A stretch of 64,000 bases of DNA from Spizellomyces punctatus DAOM BR117 (Eukaryota), in NCBI GenBank assembly GCA_000182565.2, contig KQ257452.1; one strand, written 5' to 3'. The notes below the pieces were generated by a model, which saw nothing but the letters and a program-made list of their open reading frames with translations, was not told the origin of the DNA and made no database searches. The translations under genes and the position numbers were made by a program. Below are positions 25,049 to 34,900 of the stretch, one piece after another (positions within the stretch are counted from its first letter, which is position 1; every line of letters starts with the position of its first letter).

Positions 25049-26302
25049 TTAGACCACAGTCACGACCACACCAATGCTTAAAGTGACATTTTCGTGGTAG
25101 CACGTTACCATACGCACCTTTTGCGTAGGTGCAACAGCATGTTGCATATGTACTCTTAATAAACCGTCTGTCCCTGTAAAACTCAATGCCGCCTGACTGC
25201 CTTCATCCTTGCTGGCAAAACTCCATCCAAATGAAAAGGCTTTTGAATCATAGTCGGCGAACGACATATCCATCTCCCCGAGTTGGTCAAAGTTGTTATT
25301 TGATAACTGTGTGACCAGTAACGTTTGATTATCAGATGGGCTATGGCTGAACCCTTGCGTTCCACTTGGAATGGTAAGATTTGCCCCCAATTGAATTCGC
25401 CACTCGCGAAGCCCTTGTGAAGAATACATTAGCGCCTTATCTTTCGTCTGGTCATTGAGAACATCATCGTCCACAAACGACATTTCGATCCCTTGAAGTG
25501 ACCTTACACCACTCATATGAAGCAAAAATGTATTCCGGTTTCCGCCACTACATGCGTTTTCCGTTTGGGTTGAGCGCACATAGTCATAGAATATTGGCTT
25601 TCCATCACTTATAGCGCGTGTTGAATTGATGACACTGCTTGGTGGTGGTGTCACATACGAAATCAAAGTCCTGATATTTGATACTCTAATCTCTCCAACT
25701 CCAGCCGATGTAAAGACGGTTGAAGGATCCGCAAGCGTGATTATGATTTCGAGTGCTTGATTTGGAAGTGCCCAAACAGGGAAGAACTGGTCATTTGTCA
25801 GATGAAAGAAACCCACAAAAGGGTGATGGTTGATGGAGATGGTACTCGATGTTGCAAAGATATTGGTGTTTCCATATCCGGAAAGTTGGCTCAACAATTT
25901 CTTACTACCAGCAGATAGATTGCGGTACGTTTGTACTAGATAAAGAGGATAGTTTGGTATATTGACAACTGTTTCTCCTCCTGCTTTGATGGTCAATGAT
26001 TGAATAATGGATTCCAAGCCAAGATACGTGTTTTTAACACCTGTACCAGGAGTTATCAGGTTCCCTGCATTATCATATGCAGAAACATCCATTGACAGAA
26101 TTAGTTTCTGCAAAATGAAAGAGACCGAATTCGAGTTGCAAGTGATCTTAATCGGAGTCAGGTTTCTTGACTTTGTCGTATATGTACTTTGACCTATCGG
26201 AGAATAGATTGACACCCCCTCACCGCGAGGATCGGAGTAACTTTTGGCGAAGGAATTTGTTGAGAAGATCCAGTTACGTGGTACAGCAACTTCTTCTGAC
26301 AT
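25049..26302 (-). CDS. Double-jelly-roll major capsid protein (Polinton-like virus type), 417 aa
   Basis: GLESIIQSLTIKAGGETVVNIPNY, FFPVWALPNQALEIIITLADP and IRVSNIRTLISYV match remembered PLV MCP patterns; size; adjacent to minor capsid and ATPase. Confidence 0.85.
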   Translation of the reverse strand: MSEEVAVPRNWIFSTNSFAKSYSDPRGEGVSIYSPIGQSTYTTKSRNLTPIKITCNSNSVSFILQKLILSMDVSAYDNAGNLITPGTGVKNTYLGLESIIQSLTIKAGGETVVNIPNYPLYLVQTYRNLSAGSKKLLSQLSGYGNTNIFATSSTISINHHPFVGFFHLTNDQFFPVWALPNQALEIIITLADPSTVFTSAGVGEIRVSNIRTLISYVTPPPSSVINSTRAISDGKPIFYDYVRSTQTENACSGGNRNTFLLHMSGVRSLQGIEMSFVDDDVLNDQTKDKALMYSSQGLREWRIQLGANLTIPSGTQGFSHSPSDNQTLLVTQLSNNNFDQLGEMDMSFADYDSKAFSFGWSFASKDEGSQAALSFTGTDGLLRVHMQHAVAPTQKVRMVTCYHENVTLSIGVVVTVV

Positions 26303-26344
26303 CTTTGTTTACTGATTGCAGGAAAAAAAAAAATGGAAGATTTT

Positions 26345-26885
26345 TCAGCCAAAAATACCACCATAGTTGTCCTCCTCAACATTGTCCTCCTCAAAGAATG
26401 GTGATCTAGAGTCAAAGAATGGTTCATCATCACCGAATTTCAAAATTACGCTCTTTTTTTTAGATGGACGTATTGCTGCTGGCTGCGCCTTTGCTGCTGG
26501 TTTGGATCTCTTGCTCCTAGTTGGTGTTGGTGTTGGTGTTGGTGTTGCCTTCTTTCCTCGCTTCGTGTTTTGTCGTTCTTCCCTCGCCAACCGCTTCTGT
26601 TCCTTCTCCTCTTCAAGGATGCGTTTGGCCTCATCGATCCTCCTTTGTTTATCCTGCTCCTTCCGTTCCTTCTCGCGTTTTGCTTGCATTAGGCGCAATT
26701 GTTCAGCCCTCGCTTTCTGCGCCTTCTCCAATGCAGCCCGTTGCTTGTCCGTCATCGGGCGTTTCACCTTTTGCTTTGGAGGCTGTTCTGGTATAATTTC
26801 TGCTTTTTGAACAGGTGCTTGTTCAGCGGGTGGTTCTACATTATCTTGTGGAACGGCACTCGATTCTTGATGATTTTGATTTTAC
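26345..26885 (-). CDS. Basic coiled-coil viral protein (start probably within the N gap)
   Basis: KRPMTDKQRAALEKAQKARAE.., PTPTPT repeat, acidic tail; frame stays open upstream of 26767 to the gap. Confidence 0.7.
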
Positions 26886-27054
26886 NNNNNNNNNNNNNNN
26901 NNNNNNNNNNNNNNNNNNNNNNNNNNNNNNNNNNNNNNNNNNNNNNNNNNNNNNNNNNNNNNNNNNNNNNNNNNNNNNNNNNNNNNNNNNNNNNNNNNNN
27001 NNNNNNNNNNNNNNNNNNNNNNNNNNNNNNNNNNNNNNNNNNNNNNNNNNNNNN

Positions 27055-27681
27055 GAATTCGATTTTGGAGATAGTGTCATCAACAGGGAGCCATTCACCT
27101 CTGTCGTTAGTCCACGTGACTACATCGCCGAAACTATCAGGGACAACCGCAGCAATTACGGATTGGGCGGAATCATTGAAGTCACTGAGGAAACGGCTTC
27201 CTTGGACTTGGATGTTGCTTGTGACAAGCATTGGATACGAACCGGACAAATTGACAGCATTCTTCAGTGTGATAGTCTTGTAATATCCCGTTTCACTCCA
27301 TCTTGACATTCCTGTTAGAAGATAAGAGGATGTTCCTCTCGAAGCGGCAAGAACCTTGAAGTTCTTGCTACCAGATGTGGAAAGTGTCAATCTCCTCATA
27401 ACAGAGTTGTATGTGGCATTGTAGGCTTGTGTCCCGGCTGAACTCAACGCTTGAGCAATGGCATTTGGAAAATTTGCTATGCTGTAGTTACCATTAGGTA
27501 TTTTCGCAGATAAGATGGTTGGATCGCCTTCTTCAACAAAATTAATCGTGTTATTAGAATCGTTGACCAGATCCCAATCTTGAAGGAAAGAAACCGAGAG
27601 AACCTTCATCATTTCCATCCTCCGAGGAGGTATTGAGAATGATCGAGACTTTAAGGAGCAGTATGTCACTTCGTTAATCAT
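27055..27681 (-). CDS. Minor capsid (penton-like single jelly roll) protein; 3' end in N gap
   Basis: SNNTINFVEE..AKIPNGNYSIANFPNAIAQAL motif typical of PLV/virophage minor capsids; beta-rich; ends ISKIEF at the gap. Confidence 0.75.
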
Positions 27682-27722
27682 GATATTTCCTTACCTTTAT
27701 GTAAAGACAAAGGAAAATTTAA

Positions 27723-28323
27723 ATGTCCTATAAACCACGCCCAATCTTTCCCGTAGGGAAAAAGAAGAGAGATCCTCGTGTTCCACGTGACCTGGCATCA
27801 CTGCCTCTATGTACAACTCTTGTCGCTCCGAGGAAAAGTGGTAAAAGTGCATTAGTCTGCGGTCTGATTGAGGATGTCTATGCTAAATTACACGATCGAG
27901 TCATTATCATGTCCGACACAGTTGAATATGATGCTTCTGTGAAGGTACTGGCCGAAACCACAAAACATAAAAATATCTACTTTACAGACGAGGTTTCCAA
28001 TGCATCCATCGCTAAAATAGTAGAAGAACAGAAGAAAACGCCTGAGAAGTCACTTCTATTATTCATTGACGACGCTGGTGATTCTGCGCAAAGTAAAGAA
28101 CTCAACAAGGAGTTATCGAAACTCTATACAAAAGGGAGGCATTTCAATATAGGAAATATTGTAGCCATCCAGAGTGTAACCGGACAACTTTCATGTAAAA
28201 TGAAGAACTGCACCACTGAGTGGGTGGTGTTTAAAAACAATGCAGAGGACATGAAACTTTCAGCAAAGTTACTTGCTTCCGCCTACAAAGATGATAAAGA
28301 AGTTCTAACATTTCTCACCGAGT
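27723..28323 (+). pseudogene. A32-like (FtsK-HerA) genome packaging ATPase, C-terminally truncated by an LTR
   Basis: Walker A APRKSGKS, Walker B LLLFIDD, KGRHFNIGNIVAIQ motif; the stop codon is supplied by the LTR start. Confidence 0.9.
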
Positions 28324-28923
28324 TGTAGCGGATTTTTTGTTGGTAGACTACGGTAAAGACAACTTGGGTCTCCTAGCAGGTTGTGTGGGTGTCCGTACTA
28401 GGAATCGTAGTCTCCAAATCCTTTCTTTGGGCGTCGGTAGCGACTTGGGGGCGAGAGGCAAGGAGAGTCGGTTAGTTGTGAACCGAGCAGGATTTAGAGG
28501 CTTCGGTACGGGTGATCAGGCCGTTGAAGCGCTCTGTTAGGTTCCTGTTAACCTAAGATTGGAGTTGAGAAGCGAGTTATGGGGATTTTGTGTCGCTACG
28601 GCTTCTGCCCCCGACTTATTTTATTGAATACCTCCTTTTTATACAAGATTCTTGGATAAACTGTTAAACTAAACTAAACTAATGGGTGTCGCTGCACCGC
28701 AACTGATTTATTGGTGGCGGTACCGATCTCTTCCTTTTCCGCACTGGCTCGGGCCTCCACAGGTTGTACGAGGCACGCTGAAATCTAATGCGCCAATTGC
28801 CATTCTCCGAACCGGTTTTTTCGGTCGCGGTAACCCAATCGGTGGAGTTGGTCACGCGATTCGTGCTTCCCGCGTCCGATTTGGGCTTACTCGCGATCTC
28901 TCGAAGACGTCCTCGTCGTTACA
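28324..28923 (-). repeat. 3' LTR (600 bp)
   Basis: TGTAGCG...CGTTACA; 7 mismatches to the other LTR by eye. Confidence 0.95.
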
Positions 28924-28934
28924 TCCCCCCTTTG
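28924..28934 (-). other. Polypurine tract
   Basis: Minus strand CAAAGGGGGGA abutting the 3' LTR. Confidence 0.85.
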
Positions 28935-28980
28935 AAGAGCCAACACACCGGCGCTCCGAGCGGGGGTGTTGGGACGTCAA

Positions 28981-31900
28981 TTACCAGGTCGGTACCGGAT
29001 CTGTGGGGTCCGCTTCATCTGCATCTTGGTTCACGACCCAGATGATACTGGCACGGCCACCGACGTTGCAACAAAACCAGATTTGATCTGTTGCGGTACG
29101 AACGATGGTACCCGGGGTCACGTCGGGGCCAGTTCTGGTTACGTAGAGGGCCGTAAAGGTCTCCGCGGCCCTTTTCAGGTTTGTCGCGCGGAAATGGTAC
29201 TCCGCGTGCTCGTGATGTCGGGGTCTGGTGAGCCTTGCAGAGGCTTCCGCTGCGTTCGCCGTCCTTAGGAGCACCGTCCTAGCTGCTTCAATGACGGCGG
29301 ACGCAAACTCGTGGGCGTCGTCGTTCGGCCAATCGGTGAACGGAGCCGTTTTTCGGCTTCCCGCCTCGTGTTGGGGAACCCCGCGGTCGAGCCAAGCGGC
29401 GCACGGAGCTGGGCGCCCTCTTTTTCCGGGTTTTTTCGCGTCGGCAACTATTCCGACCGCTGCTTCACCACCATCGGTGGCCTTGCTGTAGGGGTCCGCG
29501 ATGTGGTTTGTGAGGGGCTGGCCCACCGCGTAAGGTTTCGGAGCGTCGACTCCCAGCCAAAACTCATGCCCTGGAGTCTGCAGCGGCGCGTTGGGGTTGG
29601 TCCGAAGCTGATGAACCCAGGAGTGAACCCAGGTAGCGATCGCAACCCCAAGGCGATCCAGCATGCCCTCGGCCTCGAAGTCGCCCGAGTCTTCCTCCCA
29701 AGGGTAGCCGGACATGTACGTGGAAGGTACGCTCACTCCTGCTTGTCCTCTGAGATCGGTGTTCATTGTGTTAGAAATGGAAGTTTTAGTTTCGGTGTCG
29801 ATAGAAGGGGTTTGCGAAGCAGAGTGAGTGTGTAAGGGAAGTAGGTCGTGGGCGGTTGAAGAAGAAAAAAGAGGGGGAGCGTGCAGGGGCGTCCTTTTAA
29901 GGTCGTCGCCGGCTGATTTTGACAGCTCGGACGCGCGTAAGCGTGATCGGGAGGCTTGGTGTGGCGTTCTCGACTGGTGAGGTAAGCCACGCGAAACTGG
30001 TTTTCTTTCTGGTGAGAGGGCGTGATTATCACGTGAGCTATCGTCCGGATAAACCGCGAAGCATTGGTGGTCGGAAGCATAAGCCGTATCTTCCGGGGCG
30101 TCGCCTGCAAGGCTGACTACCAAAGAGTCCTCTACTAGCGCGCTAGTGGGAGCTCTGGATCTCCAGTACTCTTCTAAGGCTTCGGAAGCCTCTGTTAGGG
30201 CTTCCTCTGGTTCCCAGGTATCCTCATGGGGTGGGTATCCGGACCAACGTATTCGAAATTGACGTTTTCCGCGCCTGGTTCGATGGTCTACTATCGCTTC
30301 CACTTCAAACTCGCCATCTGAAGCGTCGGAATCCTCCGCTTGTGCTTCCGCGACCTTTTCCTCAGTTTCGGCGTCGACAGGCTTCTGGTACGGACGTAAT
30401 TTCGATATGTGAAACCATGGATGAAGTCGTCTCATCTTGTCTGGCAGTTTTAACTCGTAGTTGTCGCGGAGAGGGTTACAGTCGGTCACCGTGACTGGTC
30501 CCAGCCATTTCGGAGCGATCTTGGACTCATACCCTGCTAGGTTTTTCGTGCTCAGAAGCACCTTATCTCCTCTCCGGAACTCCAAATGTCGTCGCGATAA
30601 ATCGTAATATCTTTTCTGCGAATCCTGGGCTTCGATCATCAGATCTCGGATAAGGATGTTTAGGTCGCCGAGGTGTTTACAGAGCTCCTCCGCATCTGCA
30701 TTTCTGGTTTCTGACGGCCTTTCGACGATGTCCGCCAGTGGATTGTGGGGCTCATAGCCTAGGTCCATTCTGAATCGCGTCATTTTTGTCGCCTCGTGTA
30801 CCGTATCGTTGATAATGAATTCCGCAACCGGAAGAAAGGTGTCCCAGTCGTCTAATCGGGTGTTGACCATTGTGGTAAGGACCTGCAAGACCGTTGCGTT
30901 GTCTCTTTCTGATTGTCCATCACCTTGAGGGTGGTAGGCTGTGGTGAGCTCTTGATTAATCTTTAGGTTTTTGCAGACCTCCTGCCAAAATCGACTCGTA
31001 AATTTGGAGTCGCGGTCCGAGATAATGGTCTCCGGGATGCCGTGCAATGGGACGTAGCGCTCTATAAAGAGTTCCGCGACCTGAATAGCTGTCGCAGTGC
31101 TCTTGAGGGGCCATACGTGGATCCTCTTTGAGCATTTACATGCTATTAACCAAAAGGCGTCGTACCCTCTGGAAGTAAGTGGGAGCTTGGTTACGAAGTC
31201 AGTCGTGATGACTGTCCAGCGTCCCGGAGCTGGTGGTATGGGTTTCAGCAACCCCGGAATCAGTTGCGGTACCCTTTTTGAGCGTTGACAGGTTTCACAT
31301 CCTGCGCAGTGTTTTCTGAAATCTTGTGCCATTTTCGGCCACCAGACTTGCGCTGCAGCTCTAGCGTAGGTTCTTTCGAATCCGAAGTGTCCTCCCCCCT
31401 CGTGAAAAAGCTTGCGCACCTCAGGGGTGCAAGCAGGGGGCACGTAAAGGCGCCAAAGGTCTTCGGAGACTGAAAAACGGTGCCACAGCAGGTTATCTGC
31501 ACGTTGCCAGTCCTGAAGAAAGCGCGTGTCGGCGGTAGTGTACGTGTCGGGGCTGGTCTCCCATAGAAGGGTGCGGGCCTGTTGGGCGATGGGGTGGAGT
31601 GGGCCGGTGAGGCCAGCGCGGATGGCGGTGATGAGTGCGGGCTGTAACGCCAAACGAAAGATGGCATCTGCCAGTGTTGAGGAGGGTGCGGGACCGGCTG
31701 GCGGGGTGCGCGGCCGTCGTCCTTTGCGTTCCGACACCCATATTTCGGTCCCGGTAGAGCAAAGAAGAGTTTCCGCGCCAAGTAGCCGCGAAAGTGTATC
31801 AGCGACTATGTGGAAGCGTCCTGGTTTGTGTACGATTGTCATCCATTCGGACCAGTAACTAAGATTGAGGGCCCAGCGGAGGAGCTTTCGGTTCTCGCCT

Positions 31901-34900
31901 TTGTATTTGGCGAGCCACAAAAGAGCTCGGTGATCGGTAATGACCGTGAAAGGCAGGCCTTCGAGGTATGGGCGGAGTTTTCCGAGGCCCCAAATGAGGC
32001 ATCCGGCCTCGAGTTCGACAGGTGGGGCCTTCTTTTCCGAGGTGGTGGTGCCTCGGGAATGGTAGCACAGCGGGCGTTTAGAAGCATCCGGCTGTAACTG
32101 TTCGAGCGTGACATTAAACGCTGTGTAGGAAGCGTCACTGTGAAGGGTGTAGGGGAACCCTTTTCTGGGTGCCGCAAGCACTGGAGCTGTTGTCAGAGCC
32201 TGCTTGGCGGCTGCGAAGGCAGAGTTTCGGGAGTCGGTCCATGAAACTTCACGCTTCGCGACGAATCTGCGCAGACCTTGGTCGGGGCGCTTGCGAGCAA
32301 GGCGTCCGACACAAAAGGGGTCAATGGGCAAGTCGGCCAGCGATGATTGGCGTAGATTGACCGCCGGTAGGTCTGAGGAGCTAGATTTAAGATGTTGCGA
32401 AACCTCAAATCGGGCTCCGGTTGCTGTGATTGTTGGGGCCACTGCCGTGTCAAGCATGGACGGTGAATTGAGCTTTTCAGCTCCTTTCCTTGGGTCAGCG
32501 CGACCCTTTTTAAGGTCTCGATATTCACGAACGCCCTCTTGGATAGCGTCTTGCAGGGGTCGGACGAGTTCCGCGTAGCGAGGGATGAATTGGGCATAGA
32601 ACCCAAGGAGACCCACGAAGGACCATAGGTCACCAATAAATTTAGGTCGTGGCCAATCGACTATGGTTGCGACCTTGTCTGGATCGGTAGCGAGGCCCTG
32701 GGAAGAGGCAACGAAACCGAGGGCCGTGAGCTGGTGAAAGAGCCATTGACACTTGTCGAGCCTTAGGGTGAGTTTGGCCCTGGAAAAGCGGTCGAGCCAG
32801 TCCGCGATGGCATCTAGGGCTTCCGCGGCTGTCTCCGCTCGTGTATGGATATCGTCGACGAAGTTGTTGATATTTCGCCATTTGGAGGGACCCAAGGTGT
32901 CGTCCATCACCCGACAGAAGTGCGAGGGGGCAGTCTTGGGTCCGAAGGGCATGAAAAGTGGTTCGTAGATGCCATCGTGGAGTCTGATCGCGAGCCATTT
33001 GCGTACCGACGTATCAGTGATGGCGATTTGGTAAAATCCTTTGTTTGCGTCACCTCCCGATATGTATCGGAATGGGACTGCAACGATCCAGTTCAGGATG
33101 TCGAGCATGATGGGAAAGGGATATGGATCCCAGGCCATGCAGTCGTTGGCTCGGCGATAGTCGAAGGCTACCCGCGGGGGTTTGTCTGCGTAGCGAATAA
33201 TAACAGGATCGCTGGCGAAGGTTACTTCGGTGGTTCGTTTCCACCTCTGAAGCCCCATCATGGTGTCTCGCTCCGTCTCGAGGGCTGTCCGCTCCAACGG
33301 AGAGTACGACCGTGGCCTCGAAAGGGGTGGCGGAGCCGAGATAAATCGAGGCGCATAAGGAATCTTGGTGTAGTTCCCTATGAGATGACCCTCATAGCTG
33401 AAGGCTTGATGGAAGTGTCGTAGAATGTTGATTAGGGCCCAGACCACGGGTTTGGGTCGTTTGAGATCGACGTGGAAACGTTCCGCGTCTTTTAATTGGG
33501 CTTCGAAGGCCCCTGGAGCCTTCTCTGTAGAGTTGAGGTTCCATTTGTTCCGAAGTGTCTGCCATTCTTCTTCGGAAATGTTCTCTTCGGGGTCCGCGAC
33601 CGAATTATGGGTCGCGGTGGACAGTTTGAGGCCTAACGGGGCCGTTGTGCTAGCTGCGGTGGCATCAAGAGGGTTTTCGATGAGGAAAGTTTGGGCTGCC
33701 ACGCGCGTCTGTCCCGTGATTAACATGGTTAATCTAGACTTCTGAGCTTTGGCTTTGGTCAGCCGTGGCATTGACACATCCTTCATGAATTCACCCTGCT
33801 TGGTTTTGTATGGCGTGCCGCGCATGTGATCGGTATCCAGCTCATCCGTTATGGAGCAGGGGATAAGGATGTCTGGATTCTTGAGCGTCACCGCGAAACT
33901 GGGTAACGGGGGTTCCTGAACCAAGGTTTGGAGTTTCAAATGTCCCAAAACGTCGTTGGCTAGGATGATGAGAGGTTTCCCGTACGCGATGACCCGAAAG
34001 TAGGCGCGGAAAGTCAGGTATTCTCCGCCGCGGCCTCTGAGGGAAGTTTCGAGGCATACTGTCTTGGTAGATGAGATACGTCCACCAATGCCGTTGAAAG
34101 CCATCGTTTCCGCATCCTGCAAATCGGTTTCGGAGAACAGAAGGCCTTGGTACGTGTCGGAAATCAGAGACTCGCAGGCCCCTGTGTCTAGTACCACAGG
34201 TGCCCAGAGCTGCGCGATGACGGCTAGCGTCCAGCAAGGCTGCGTTTGGGTCTTAGTCTGGCTTTTGAGTACATCGCCTAAATCTACTGAGTAGAAGGCG
34301 TTGATAGAAGGCACCGCGATCTCGAAATGGGGCGCGATGTCGTTAATTGTTGCTTCCGTAGCCTTGATCACACTCTCAAAGTGTTCTCTAGTTTTGTCGT
34401 TTTGTGGTTTTGTTGTTTTATTCTGGCGAGCAACTTGTTCGATAGCCAGCATGACTATACGCGTCCGTTCGCTCTCTTCGTGTCTTTGGAGACGTGGATG
34501 GTCTTTAACGTGCCGAAATTTGGGGTTTCCGCGACGATAATAATAGTCTGAGCGAACGATATTGCCTGTCAGGAGAAATGCCACCAGTTGCAGGTTGGCG
34601 TACGCATCAAAGATAACAGGATCTTCAGAGCTCCACATCAAGAATTTCTCGCGCTCGTCGAGCTTTATCCAGGCAAGGAGAATCAAACGAGGGGTACCGT
34701 CTTCTCGGACCTTTCGCAGGATTCGATCCTTGTCAGCTTCGGCTGCGGCAGCGATGTAGAGGTGGTGGGAACTCCACGCGACTGCGTAGGGGTCGTTCCC
34801 GAGGTGCCCGGCGCCTCGCTTCGGTTCTTTGGCGAAGAAGCTGAGCGCGCGGGGGTTGTTGCCCATCATCAGAGCCACTTGCGGGGTGCCCCAGATGATG

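Larger units (their letters stand above)
13449..28323. mobile_element. Endogenous Polinton-like (double-jelly-roll) DNA virus, partial: morphogenesis module retained
   Basis: Dense intronless, AT-richer ORFs: MCP, minor capsid, A32 ATPase, fibre; structured left edge; right side truncated by an LTR; two N gaps (14800-15252, 26886-27054). Confidence 0.88.

Noticed and set aside
26836-26885. C-terminus KIKIIKNRVPFHKIM of the 281-aa minor capsid ORF
   Set aside because: Lies beyond an N gap and reads better as the upstream part of the next gene in another frame
13449-28323. Bacterial prophage or contaminant, given the tail-fibre-like repeats
   Set aside because: A32 ATPase and DJR-type capsid rather than terminase/portal; joined to eukaryotic Fanzor and Gypsy elements
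28337-29086. Small plus-strand ORFs duplicated at 36628-37261
   Set aside because: Incidental ORFs within the LTRs
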